Part shown: positions 15,073-28,128 of the stretch, one piece after another
Layout of the letters: each line of letters starts with the position of its first letter
How positions within the stretch are numbered: the first letter of the stretch is position 1
Source: Octopus vulgaris
Taxonomy: Eukaryota
DNA: 64,000 bases
Reading direction: 5' to 3'
NCBI GenBank assembly: GCA_951406725.2
Contig: OX597820.1
Location: 9,796,001 to 9,860,000 of the forward strand
The notes under the pieces: model-generated
Seen by the model: only the letters and a program-made list of their open reading frames with translations
Told to the model about the DNA's origin: nothing
The model's database searches: none
Program-made: the position numbers and the translations under genes

Positions 15073-15830
15073 TATAAAATATAGAACAAATCATAGCAAT
15101 ATAGGCAACGGTTAAAAGCTATCAAAATTTGCTTGAGCTTCGTAGCTTTTGATGAAGTATATCGTTTAAAAATTCGTTATTTTTGAAATTATCGAAACTG
15201 CCACACAAAAAAGCCCTTTAGTCTGTTTTCATAATTCAATTTTTATTCTAGAACGCATGAGTTGTGCTGAGTATCGAGAAAACACCAAACGTTCCGATTT
15301 GTCAAGCCTGTATTGGTTCCCAGCCGGGTCCGTTTTAATTCCAGTATTTTACCAATATTGGAAAGGAATTAACGTCGGTTAGAACCAGTTTATCTATCAA
15401 TCTCTACTATTCTGCAAATGAAAGGAATCAATATTTTATTCTGAAATATCCAAATCTATTAAAATTTGTCTTCAAAACTACCGCCTTTTAACAATTCGGT
15501 GTTTCTGTTTGTGTCGTTTCCTTACATAAGAGTAATGGAGAGAAGCAGACAGATCGATGCACACACAAGTAGTGAGGGAAAGAGAGAGAAAGTGAAAGAG
15601 AGAGAGAGAGAGACAGAGAAAGAAAGAGAGAGAGAAAAAGAGGGAGAGAATAAGGAAGAAAGGGAGAATGAGAGAGTGAGGGTAAGAGAGAGGGAAAGAG
15701 AGTTTGATAGAGCAATACGTGTGTATATATATATGTATGTGTGTGTGTGTAGACACCCCTCCCACATATATATATACATTCATACTTTATATATATATAT
15801 ACATATATATATAAGCATATATATATATAT

Positions 15831-15945
<115 letters not shown>

Positions 15946-16819
15946 TAGATAGATAGATAGATAGATGGATAGAGAGAGAGAGAAAGACAGAGGAAAAGGC
16001 AGAAAGAGAGATAGGGAGAGAGATACAGAGTGAGAGAGAGAAAAGTGTAGATTGGTAGAGAGCTAGGCAGATAGAGAAGAGAGAAGAGATAGAGATAGAG
16101 AAGAGAGAAGAGAGAGATAGAGAAAGAGAGAGAGAGAGAGAAAGAGTGAGAGCGAGAGAGTGTACACAGATAAATGTCATGACCAATTTCTGTCGTGTCT
16201 GTGAGAGAAGATATAGCAATTCCTGCAATTAAAGGCGTTACAGAAATCAATCTTGTGTAAACTGTATTTAAGTTGTCAATAAACGAACGTCACACATGTA
16301 GAGACTGCAGCAGAATCGGTTCCTTTTGCAATGGTATAAAGGCAATTTGGTGAGAATATAAATAATCCGAAGCCGTAAAATTTCTATCGCACACTGCTTT
16401 GCCTTTGAAATTCCTTTCATTATTTTGCTGATAGTAACCATTGCCAGTATGTTATTACGTTCCTTGCTACGACAGCAATCACGCCTCAAATAGAATTCTA
16501 TTGACAAATAGTGGAAATTTTACATTATATAATAATTCCACAAAGCGATAATATGTTGTTAATTATTGTCTTGAAATTGAAAATCAACTGGATTCAGAAT
16601 ATTTGAATCACAAGAACGAATGCCATTAAGCATATCAAATTAACCATTTTGAAAAATCCTTTGATTGCTTTCAAAAGCGTATCATTTCATAACACTTTGT
16701 TATTAGTTTCGTTATATTTCCTACTTAGCAGGTTCCAAACAAATGTTTGTGAGATGGATTATACGTCTGCCTAATTTAGCGCATTTAAAATATCCGAAAA
16801 TATCGCATGACAAATCAAT

Positions 16820-17240
16820 AACGCAGGAGTGGCTGCGTGGTAAGTAGCTTGCTAACCAACCACATGGTTGCGGGTTCAGTCCCACTGCGTGGCATCTTGG
16901 GCAAGTGTCTTCTGCTATAGCCCCGGGCCGACCAATGCCTTGTGAGTGGATTTGGTAGACGGAAACTGAAAGAAGCCTGTCGTATATATGTATATATATG
17001 TATATATATGTGTATGAGTGTGTGTTTGTGTGTGTGTGTGTTTGTCCCCCTAGCATTGCTTGACAACCGATGCTGGTGTGTTTACGTCCCCGTCACTTAG
17101 CGGTTCGGCAAAAGAGACCGATAGAATAAGTACTGGGCTTACAAAGAATAAGTGCCGGGGTCGATTTGCTCGACTAAAGGCGGTGCTCCAGCATGGCCGC
17201 AGTCAAATGACTGAAACAAGTAAAAGAGAGAAAAGAGAGA
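16820..17240 (+). mobile_element. SINE family A, full-length
   Basis: Near-identical to 9663-10085. Confidence 0.9.
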
Positions 17241-17309
17241 GTAACTCTATTTTTATTGTTCTTTTTTAATCCTGAATTTTCTTTTCATTCTGCTGAAATT
17301 TTGAAAGGA

Positions 17310-17570
17310 CGGGGCTAATCGACGACTTCATCGACCCTCAATACACGACTGGTATTTATTTTATCGGCCCCCAAATAATCCTTTCTACTATAGGCACAAG
17401 GTCTGAAATTTTTTGGGGAGAGGATGAGTCGATTACATCGACCCCAGTGCGTAACTGGTACTTAGTTTATCGATCCTGAAAGGATGAAAGGCAAAGTCGA
17501 CTTCGCCGGAATTTGAACTCAGAACGTAACGACAGACGAAATACTGCTAAGCATCTCACCTGGCGCTTTG
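17310..17570 (-). mobile_element. SINE family C partial tandem
   Basis: Same blocks as 6955-7880. Confidence 0.8.
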
Positions 17571-17776
17571 ATAATTAAAATTTATTCCGTCTATAATTTA
17601 TGATGCTAGTATACTTTTGCTTTCCAAGGAATTAGAGATCAAAGGATGACCAACTTATAAATTTCTATCATCACTCAATAAAATCCTAAATGAGATAGTA
17701 ATAGACATTAAAATTAATTAAGGATTAACGGGTTTGATTAACGAGTTTTTCAGTAGTTTTGAATATGTACATAGAA

Positions 17777-18075
17777 ATGGAGGCGCAATGGCCCAGTGGT
17801 TAGGGCAGCAGACTCGCAGTCGGAGGATCGCGGTTTCAATTCCCAGACCAGGCGCTGTGTGTGTTTATTGAGCGAAAACACCTAAAGCTCCAGGAGGCTC
17901 CGGCAGGGGGTGGTGGCGACCCCTGTTGTACTCTTTCACCCCAATTTTCTCACCCTTTTTCTTCCTGTTTCTTGAGTAGGACTGGCGTCCCGTCCAGCGA
18001 GTGGGGAACACATACGTCACAGAAACCAGAAAACCGAGCCCATGAGCCTGGCTAGGATTGAAAAAGGCGCATAAA
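17777..18075 (+). mobile_element. SINE B head + tail 2
   Basis: Colinear with 45465-45765. Confidence 0.85.
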
Positions 18076-18424
18076 AAAATAAAATAACATAGAAATAGTC
18101 CGGATTTAGTGTTCAATTCGGGGTAATAATACAAGATATCCACTTGCCCATTTTCACGGTTGTTTCTCCATGCTTTAGTTATTTAAATTTCAGCAAAGGC
18201 AGCCATATTGTTGAATAGCAACGGAAACTTAGGAAAACTCAGAACTAGTTCTTATACAACTCCTGCTAGTAAAAAAAAAAAAAAAAAGAAATCAGGTGGT
18301 GAGCTGGATGAATTGTTAACACGTCGGACAAAAATACTAAGCGGCATTTCTTCCGGCCCTTTACGTACTAAAATCTAATCTCGTCGAGACCAACCTTTTC
18401 TTTCATCTTTTCGGAGTCGGTTAT

Positions 18425-18690
18425 GAAGCTCCCCCACTACTTCTGCTCGTGATCAGAGATGCGCATATCGTCAGCCACTAAGGGACATGCTCAACTGGTT
18501 AAGGTCAAACAACTGAGAAGCAAATCTGTGGTATTGAGCAGAATATTTGCTGTATCCCATCTTTTATACCAAGACAAAACAATGTACATCATAACACTTC
18601 CAATCAGTTAAAATCAGAAGCCACGAGCCCCACTGCCTGATACTGCATCAGGGCATAGCCACTACCTGGTACTGCATCAGGGCAATTATT
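18425..18690 (+). mobile_element. Probable LINE 3' end with duplicated terminus and (TTA)n tail
   Basis: ccact.cctg.tactgcatcagggca occurs twice, immediately before (TTA)n. Confidence 0.45.
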
Positions 18691-18703
18691 ATTATTGTTG
18701 TTG

Positions 18704-18774
<71 letters not shown>

Positions 18775-18878
18775 TTTATTTTTTATTTTTTTTTCCTTCT
18801 TTCTTCAAATTTTCTTCCGTTTCTCGCCGAGTGTTTTCCGTAGACCTAAGGCACTTATTATTATTATTATTATTATTA

Positions 18879-18945
<67 letters not shown>

Positions 18946-19811
18946 TCTATTCATTCAACGCCCATCATATATGAATCGAAACTGCACATACATTCGGTCT
19001 TATATACGTATACATGCGTGCACAAGGAAAAAAAAAAAAAAAAACGCTTACATATATAATACATGCATGCATACATTCACAGATACACGCATACATACAT
19101 ACATATATCTATACATACATATACATACATGTGATGAGCTTTTTAATAGTTTTGAATATGTACATGGAAATGGAGGCGCAATGGGTACATTAAGAAGAAA
19201 TTAAAATAAATTTCGAAGAAGAACAAGCATCGATGCATGAAGAAAGAAGCACGTGCATGTCATTCTGTTCGCTTGGTAATGATATGGTGCAACAAAAGTT
19301 CAATCGACCTGACAATCGAACAGATATAATCAAGTACATTGACGTCATCAAGGAAAACCGTGCTCTGACGACGCGTTGTGTAATTGTAAATAAATTCCCT
19401 ACTGTGAACATAATGCCGATATGACTGTGAATTCTGTTCAGTGTTCAATGCAATGACGTATAGGTTTTCAAGTGCAAATGTCATTAAGTATATATGTTAA
19501 TAAAATTCACCATTACCATTATATACATTTATGCTAATGAGCCTTACTTTTCGTCCATCTTTTTTTTTTTAATGTTTATTCGCATAAAATTAGAACTCTC
19601 TCTGGTATTTCGTTCGCTTGAATATGCACACAGCACACATATATATATACTTACACGCGCATGCATAATGTAACAGATTCTGTTTCGTATAATTCCCTAC
19701 TTTTGTTAATCAAATTTATTTTCTCTTATTTTATTGGGTTGTGAGTTAAAGTCGTTCGTTTCTTTCCAATGTTATATGAATTAACACGAATACACACACA
19801 CATACATACAT

Positions 19812-19902
<91 letters not shown>

Positions 19903-19939
19903 CATTAATAGTAAAATGAAATGAAGTATTGATTGACTT

Positions 19940-20235
19940 ATTCTTTGCAAGCCTAGTACTTATTCTATCGGTGCCTTTTGCCGAACTGCTAATTTACGGG
20001 GACGTAAACACACCAGCATCGGTTGTCAAGTGATGTTGGGGGGACAAACACAGACACAGACACATATACGACGGGCTTTCTTTCAGCTTCTGTCTACCAA
20101 ATCAACTCACAAGGCTTTGGTCAGCCTGAGGCTATAGTAGAAGACACTTGCCCAAGGTGCCACGCAGTGGGAGTGAACCCGGGACCATGTGGTTCGAAAG
20201 CAAGCTACTTACCACACAGCCACTCCCACGCCTGT
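19940..20235 (-). mobile_element. SINE family A (tail truncated)
   Basis: Matches the A consensus. Confidence 0.8.
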
Positions 20236-20929
20236 TGATGAAAAAATTGGGGAAAAAAAACTTCATAAACGAACGAATTTATCTGACACCCTAATATTAA
20301 AATGAGTTTAAAGAAGTATATGAAAATGAAAGAGAAAATGAGTGTGAATTAAAGCGAGGAAGAAATGGAAATAGAAAACTAAGAATATCGAGCGAAGGAT
20401 TTAAAATGTCACTAAACACATGAAGTGACATTTAGTAATGGGGTCGATCTAATCGATTTAAAACGCTATCCTGCAACAGTTTGGTCACGTGACAAATTTA
20501 GAAATCAATATGTACATTGTATACAATACGATTTATTCACTTCTTGTGGAAGAGGAGGGATAAAGTTGTTTTGAGAAGTGAAACACTTTTTTTTTTCTTT
20601 GAAAAATATTTTTATCTCGCAAATAGAAAAAATAAAAAGAAGAAACAAAGTGAAATCTATATTTCGTTTTTGTATTTGGTTTGAAAGAGTTTTTGTGGGA
20701 ACTCGTGTGATGGAACAGACCTGGAGCAGTTCTGGAGTGGAGAGAGAGCATGTCCTTGAAGAGGTCGCGGATGGCAACGAAAAGACTGAACCTCCCACCT
20801 CACAAAAAAAAAACTAGCTGATTGATTGACCAAACGAATAAGTTGTGGACATTAAATTTGATGGTCTACAAAAGTTTGTATATAAAAAAGAAACATTAAA
20901 CCTTGCATTATCTACAGTGAGAGAAAACC

Positions 20930-21252
20930 GGCACTCCGTCAGTTACGACGACGAGCGTTTCAGTTGATTCGATCAACGGAACAACCTTTTCGGGAAATTA
21001 ATGCGCAAATGGTTGAGTACCTTGCAGACACATGTGCCCTCAACTTAGTTCTTAAGGAGGTTCAGTGAGACACAGAGTATGACAAGGCTGGTCCTTTGAA
21101 GTACAAGTACAACTCATTTTTGGTAGATGAGTGGACTGGAGCAACATAGAATAAAATATCTAGCACAAGGACACAACGCATCGCCGGGAATCGAAATCGC
21201 GAGCCTTTAATCGCGAGCCTAATACCCTAACCCCTAAGCAACAGGCCTTCAC
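20930..21252 (-). mobile_element. SINE D head + tail 1 (old copy)
   Basis: Tail matches 12590-12755; central gagtggactggagcaac block matches the reverse complement of 6570-6590. Confidence 0.75.
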
Positions 21253-21290
21253 ACACACACACACACACACAAAAGCATATATATATATAC

Positions 21291-21350
<60 letters not shown>

Positions 21351-21506
21351 CAAAGGAATCCCAACTCTGTTTTTTATGTTTTATTTATATTCTTTATAAT
21401 ATTAATGAAGAATATAGAATATATAGTATAAATGATATATATAGTAAAATGAAATGAAGTATTGATTGTCTTATTGAATAGCTGAAATTTGAATATCAAA
21501 TATTAA

Positions 21507-21550
21507 GGGACTACTATACTTTCTTGCATTATAGCAGTCTTCAAGGTCTC
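21507..21550 (-). ncRNA. Degenerate hammerhead-like motif
   Basis: rc reads gac CTTGAAGA CTGC tataat GCAA GAAA gtatagTA gtc; stem I gac/gtc. Confidence 0.35.
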
Positions 21551-21577
21551 AGGTTGTGACAGGAGTGTTTCAACTGT

Positions 21578-21655
<78 letters not shown>

Positions 21656-21879
21656 TATGCCTGTATGTATGTATGTGAGTGTATGTGTGTGTGTGTTTAT
21701 ATACATGTGTATATGTATAGACACACATAGTGGAGAAAAATTCCTGACAATAAAAGCATTGCTAGCTCGTGATTAAGTAGCTTCTATTAAATACCCGGAT
21801 GTGTTGTTTTTTTCCCTCTAGACCTGATGTAATGGTTAAAAAAAGAAAAGAAAAGAATTCTTAGATCTAATATAATGGT

Positions 21880-22280
21880 TAAAAAAGAAGGGCTCTTGAG
21901 TTTGTAGAGAGACTCTCAGACTGGAGCTAACGTGCAAACGAAGACAATGACCATTCGAGCGAAGGTTAGAAATTTGTCCAACATTTTGCAAGCAGTGTAA
22001 GCTGCCACACTTCATGCAAATCCGTTTTCGCTAGCAAAGGGCTGATTTGAAAGGTTTAAAAGAAATCTTAATTTGCACATTTAAATAATTGGTGAAGATT
22101 CAGAGAATTCTACTAATTATCTTAATGATCTCATAAAAGTTATTGCTGAAGGAAACTGTGCGCCAGAACAAGAGATAATGTTGATGAAAATGAGTTTTTA
22201 CGAAAGTGTGCAGTGATTAGGTCCTTAAAAACTAATCAGCAGATGGTTTTAAAGCTTCCAAGAGTCGCCTTGCGTTTTAT
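21880..22280 (+). pseudogene. Tigger/pogo transposase remnant
   Basis: Broken frames give ASKG*FERFKRN (CENP-B-type HTH motif ASxGWFxRFKxR), IAEGNCAPEQ..NVDE and GFKASKSRL. Confidence 0.8.
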
Positions 22281-22824
22281 TTTTGAAATGAAATGCTGCT
22301 TTTATCTTTTACCTTTTACTGGTTTCAGTCATTGGACTGCTGCCATGCCGGGGCACAACCATGAAGTGTTCAGACGAACAAATCAACCCTAGTGTTTATT
22401 CTATCGATCTGTTTTACCGAACCGCTTGATTATGAGGACGTTAAAAATTCAACGTCAGTTCTCAAGCTGTGGGTGGAGGACAAACACAAACACGCAAGCG
22501 TATTATATATGGTGGGTTTCAACACAGTTTCTGTCTACCGAATTCACTCACAAGGCATTAGTCGACCCGGGACTTTAGCAGAAAACTAAACGCGAAACCA
22601 TGATTTTGCAGAGGGATCTTCTTAACGATACAGTCATGTCTGTGACTCATACAAAATTAAAGTTTTTACTTGTGTACTACATGAAAAATCCGACAACACG
22701 GGATATGCTAAGTTTAATCTAGTTGTGATAAGACGTTTAAATCTGAAGACTTGGAGGATTACGATGTTTTTAGAAGACTTGTTTACAAACTTTCTTTGCA
22801 CTGCTGTGAAAAAATACTGTACAT

Positions 22825-23055
22825 ATTTCTTTACTACCCACAAGGGGCTAAACACAGAGAGGACAAACAAGGACAGACAAACGGATTAAGTTGATTATAT
22901 CGACCCCAGTGCGTAACTGGTACTTATTTAATCGTCCCCGAAAGGATGAAAGGCAAAGTCGACCTCGGCGGAATTTGAACTCAGAACGTAACGGCAGACG
23001 AAATACTGCTAAGTATTTCGCCCCTCATGCTAACGTTTCTGCCAGCTTGCCGCCT
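22825..23055 (-). mobile_element. SINE family C, single unit
   Basis: Near-identical to 55355-55586. Confidence 0.85.
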
Positions 23056-23264
23056 GTACCATGCTTATTTCCAACAAAACATTTATGTTTTTAGTGTGGT
23101 AGTAAGCCACCCGACGAACTTAAATAATCTTCCTGATAATGTGGAAATACAATATACAAGTACAACGCCATCTTTCCGAACACTTATGCTCCGGAACCTC
23201 TTATAACCCAGACTAATCCACACTAATCCTCACTAATCCACAGGTGCCTGTACTTCATTTGGTT

Positions 23265-23494
23265 TATCTTTTACGTTTCACTGTTTTCAATCGTTAGACT
23301 GCGGCCATGCTGGGGCACAGCCTTGCAGAATCTTTTAATCGAATGAATTATCCCTTGTACCTGTTTAATTTTTAAAGCTTAGTACTTATTGTATCGATCT
23401 CTTTTGCCGAACTGCTAAGTTATTGGGACATATACAGACCAACACCGGTTGTCAAGCTGTGGTGGAAAACGAAAACAGAGGCAAAGACACGCAT

Positions 23495-23544
<50 letters not shown>

Positions 23545-23715
23545 GCACGCACACGCGCACACGCATACGATAGGCTTCTTTTAGTTTCCGTCTACCAAAT
23601 CTACTTACAAAGCTTTGCTCTACCGCGGCCACAGCAGAAGACACTTGCCCAAGGTACCACGCAGTGGGACTGAACCCGGGACCATGCAGCCGAGAAACAA
23701 ACTTCTTATGCGCCT
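23265..23715 (-). mobile_element. SINE family A (older copy)
   Basis: Matches the A consensus. Confidence 0.8.
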
Positions 23716-24281
23716 TATTTAAATAAATTTAGCATTTGTTTTATCTAGAGAGTGTTGACCAAGGTGACCATCTCTGGTTCGGAAAAATCAGTAATCCAGA
23801 AAAGCTTTGGAACCAAAGGTTGCGGAAAAATCGATGTTGGTCCTTTCCCTCAAAGAACAGAATGTCTTTGCGTCAGCAAACAAAAATAACCAACGTTAGG
23901 CCGTATTTTCTGAGAATATGATTTATTATTAAAAGCCACGGCAACAGTAAAATGGCGGAATGTCTTGAAGATGATCGATGCTGTTATTTTAGAGAAGGAG
24001 AGCGAGAGAAGGAGAGCGAGAGAGAAGGAGAGCGAGAGAGAGAGAGAGATGGAGAGAGAGGAAGAAGGAGAGTAATTTAGCGTTTTACGCATCATCGCAT
24101 TAAATCGGAGATTAAAACGATGAAGACTTTTTATGTTTGATAGAATTGCTGTCAAGATAGAATTCTGTTCTCTTAGAGCATGTGAAGAATATTAGAATAA
24201 GGGCGGAGCCTGACCATTGTAGTATTATTGATAGTTATATTAGAGATTGTGTTTTAGGCAAGAATGGCCGCACAAAAATAA

Positions 24282-24334
<53 letters not shown>

Positions 24335-24369
24335 TATTCATTTGTTATATTAAACAGTTTATTCTTTTT

Positions 24370-24600
24370 TTCTTTTATTCTTTTATCTGCTTCAGTCATT
24401 TGACTGCGGCCATGCTGGAGCACCGCCTTTAGTCGAGCAAATCGACCCCGGGACTTACTCTTTGTAAGCCTAGTACTTACATTCTATCGGTTTCTTTTGC
24501 CGAACCGCTAAGTGACGGGGACGTAAACACACCAGCATCGGTTGTCAAGCGATGTTTTGGGTGGGGTGGGGGTGACAAACACAAACACACAAACATATAC

Positions 24601-24642
<42 letters not shown>

Positions 24643-24800
24643 GACGGTCTTCTTTCAGTTTCCGTCTACCAAATCCACTCAAAAGGCTTTGGTCGGCCCG
24701 AGGCTATAGCAGAAGACACTTGCCAAAGATGCCACGCAGTGGGACTGAACCTGGAACCATGTGGTTGGTAAGCAAGCTTCTTACCACATAGCCACTCTTC
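24370..24800 (-). mobile_element. SINE family A
   Basis: Matches the A consensus. Confidence 0.85.
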
Positions 24801-24849
24801 TATTTAAATCTGTTATGTTAAATGTGTTCATTATTATTTTCTCTTTATC

Positions 24850-25341
24850 ACAGGTTTTGTTGACAACTCATTCGGAATTGCAAGACACTGTATTCGAATT
24901 TCATTTTTCAAATCTTCAATTGTCACTGGTTTTGCAGCGTAAACCTTATCTTTGAGATGTCCCCATAAAAAAAATTCCGTTGGCGTGAGGTCTGGGGAAC
25001 GTTCAGGAAATTCAACGCCACCTCTCCTCCCAATCCATTTGTTTGGATTTGTCAGTTATCGAGCTGTGGGTGGGGGACAAACACAAACACGCATGCGTAT
25101 TATATATGGTGGGCTTCTTCACAGTTTCCGCCTACCGAATTCACTCACAAGGCATTAGTCGACTCGGGACTTTAGCAGAGGGCTAAACCCGAAACCATGA
25201 TTTTGCAAAGGGATCTTCTTAATAATACAGTCATATCTGCGACTCATACAAAATTAAAGTCTTTACTTGTGTACTACATGAAAAATCCGACAACACGGGA
25301 TATGCTGTCAAAGAGTGAGTACATCTTTTTGGGACACCCTG
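24850..25341 (-). mobile_element. Tc1/mariner-superfamily remnant: 5' TIR + 256 bp of captured host DNA + transposase C-terminus
   Basis: rc of 24850-25050 encodes PNKWIGRRGGVEFPERSPDLTPTEFFLWGHLKDKVY (WPPRSPDLTP.DFFLWG motif); TIR TA|CAGGGTGTCCCAAAAAG at 25341. Confidence 0.75.
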
Positions 25342-26394
25342 TATATATGACGGGTTCCCACAAAGTTTCCGGCTACGAAATTTCACACACAAGGCTTTAG
25401 TTGGCGCGGGGCTATAGTAGAAAATACTTGCTCAAGGTGCCGCAGAGTGAGACGGAACTGGAAACCACCTTATTACAAAGCCAGTTTCTTAGCCAGTACA
25501 ACAAGCATCAACTGTGCAAACTTACATGAGGTCTAAGAATATTCTTGAGAATAATTGCGACATTTAGGGAAAAGAGTTTTACTTTTTCATTTAGGAAACT
25601 CAAGAAAATAAAAAAAAATTAAGGTTTACTAAATAACGAATCTAAATTGTTTATTCAGCAAAACTGAGTAATGAATCATGCATTGTTAGAGAAAATTCAC
25701 TTTGACAGCGTTATTAGAATTGTGAAAATTAAAACCTACAGAAAAAACTCGCTTCATTAGGTGTCTGTGATAATCATTACTTTGTATAAGATATATCGTT
25801 TATGTAGTCATCCTGGTGCCCTGGGAATAAGATATTTACGAAAGATTAACGGCGGTCAGATAACCTGAGATTTGCTTTCCTTTTCAATTAGGCTTTTGTA
25901 ATCATACATACACCAAAATCTGCACGTTTTGTTTACCGCCATAACCATATTTTCTGCAAAGAAGGGAAAACTATAACTTTGAAATATTATATCATTGTGA
26001 TTATCGTCTTGAAAAGTCTTGAAAAGACTTGATTTAAAATCCTAAATTAAATGTATGTATGTATGTATGCGCACGCGTCTGTGTATGTATGTATGCATGT
26101 ATGTACGTATGTTATACAGTTTTATTTCAAGCTTTCTTGCCAATACAGAAAGAGACGGTTTCTAACCAAGATCCGTCTGGAGCACTGCTTTTAGTCGAGC
26201 AAATCGCCCCCAGGACTTTTTTCTTTGTAAGCCTAGTACTTATTCTACCAATTGCTCAAATTGTCCAAGGTGCTGCACATTGGGACTGAAACCAAAACCA
26301 CGTGGTTGTAAAGCGAGCTTCTTAACCACAACCCAAGCTATGACTTCTTCATACTTAGAGTCCCTTCTTTTGTCAGCGTCATCATTATTGTCCA

Positions 26395-26750
26395 AAAGGC
26401 GGTGAGGTGGCAGAATCGTTAGCGCACCGGACAAAATGCTTAGCGGTATTTCGCCTGTCTTTACGTTCTGTGTTCAAATTCCGCTGAGGTCGAATTTGCC
26501 GTTCATCCTTTCGGTGTCGATAGAATAATTACCAGTTGCGTACTGGTGTCGATCTAATCGACTGACCCCCGCCCCCAAAATTTCGGGCCTTTGTGTTTAG
26601 AGTAGAAAAGAGTATTTCGCCTCTCGTTCAGATTCCATCGAAGTCTTCTTTGTCTTTCATCTTTTCGGTGTCGATAAAATAAGTACTAGTTGCATATGGG
26701 GTCGATGTAATCGACTCATCCCCACCCCAGAATTGCTGTCCGTGTGGCAG
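26395..26750 (+). mobile_element. SINE family C tandem
   Basis: aaggcggtgaggtggcagaatcgttagc...tcatcctttcggtgtcgata. Confidence 0.8.
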
Positions 26751-27049
26751 AATCATCAGCTTAAATGTTTTATTTTATTTCGTTGCTGGGTCGATGAGGA
26801 TAACAACAATGGCGTAAGGTGGTCGTGTGGATTGGGTGGGCTGCCACACCCAATGCCACCAAATTTCAAGCAGGGAGGGGTATAGCAAAAGTTTTTCATT
26901 AAGGTTTGTTATTAAATGAATAAGGTTAATGTTTATATGAATTTGCCATTTTCGATGGGTAAGCAGGGCACTCTAACTCACCCAGAATATACACCCCTAG
27001 ATAACAAGGGAAAACAAACGATAAGGTGATGTTTGGTATTTTAAAGAAG

Positions 27050-27330
27050 GGGGACAATTCTAGACTGACAGAAGCAAAGGCCAGTTTCTTCTATCACAGC
27101 TGGACATTTCTCATGGCACCAGCAGACGAAATGCAAAAGGCGTTGCCCCGGAGGATAGCGAAGGAGGTGCGCTAGAACAGTCACCCTGCCTCACAGGGAT
27201 CGCATTTACAGACAGCAATCTCCACCCCAATAGCGGTGAGCAGGGATATGTTCCAGGGGAACCAAGAACACTGGACGTCTCCACTGCCATAGTCTGACCC
27301 AAAACCTGTCGGAGAGCAACCGATACCTTG
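27050..27330 (-). pseudogene. CRE-clade (restriction-like endonuclease) non-LTR retrotransposon C-terminal remnant
   Basis: rc gives MAVETSSVLG.. then ISLLTAIGVEIAVCKCDPCEAG*LF*RTSFAILRGNAFCI, matching the AxETxG...QRxSxAxxRGNA motif of CRE elements. Confidence 0.7.
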
Positions 27331-28069
27331 AGAGTTTAGTGCTCTCCACCTGACTCCATTTCTTTCTAATTTGTGTCCCTTCTTAAAACTACATCATCAA
27401 TGAAATCATATCTTAGAATATGTATAAGATATTATTTTTTTCATTGGTGGTGGGCATAATGTTTGGTTTTCCCCCCTCTCTTATTACTTCTAATATTTTC
27501 TTTGTTGCTTCGAACTTCAACCTCAAACAGCGACGAACATTATGTTCATCATATCTCACAGAATGTTTTGAATACTTTTTTCTCTCGTTGGTTAAAGTAT
27601 TTTCCATTATACGAGGTGTTTTGGATCAGGGTTGACCTAGGGCTAGGCAACAACTACCTACAAGGAAAACATCAGCGTTTATCACATCCACACACACACA
27701 CACACAAACATATGCATATGATGTAGGAATTCATCATGATCATTATCTTCATCCTCACCCTTATCCGCGTTCTCCTCCTCCCCCTCCTCCTCATCCCACC
27801 ACCACCACAATCATACCACGGTGACGCTCCCTCTTTTTGCTTTTGCAGAAACCCGTGCGTGGGGTGGGATAACGCCTGGGCGCGCGTATAGAAGCAAATG
27901 AGCAGCTGTTGGGTGTATATATCAAATATGTACGTTTTATTTATTATTTTGCACATTACTTAATCATTGTTATATGTTTTATCTTATATTTAATCTTTCT
28001 ATAATATGTGATTTTTCTAAATGGCATAATTTAATTTTTCATTATTGAATTGATAAAAGGTGTATCTTT

Positions 28070-28128
<59 letters not shown>

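Noticed and set aside
16184-16222. Possible minus-strand phase-1 mini-exon [12 protein letters not shown]
   Set aside because: Acceptor is plausible but the donor (GTCATG) is weak; not supportable without RNA data
19190-19484. Complex sequence with overlapping 60-75 aa ORFs
   Set aside because: No recognisable domain or paired splice sites
23212-23241. Three TAATCC (K50 homeodomain) sites in a 10-bp tandem repeat
   Set aside because: Simple slippage repeat; no evidence of function
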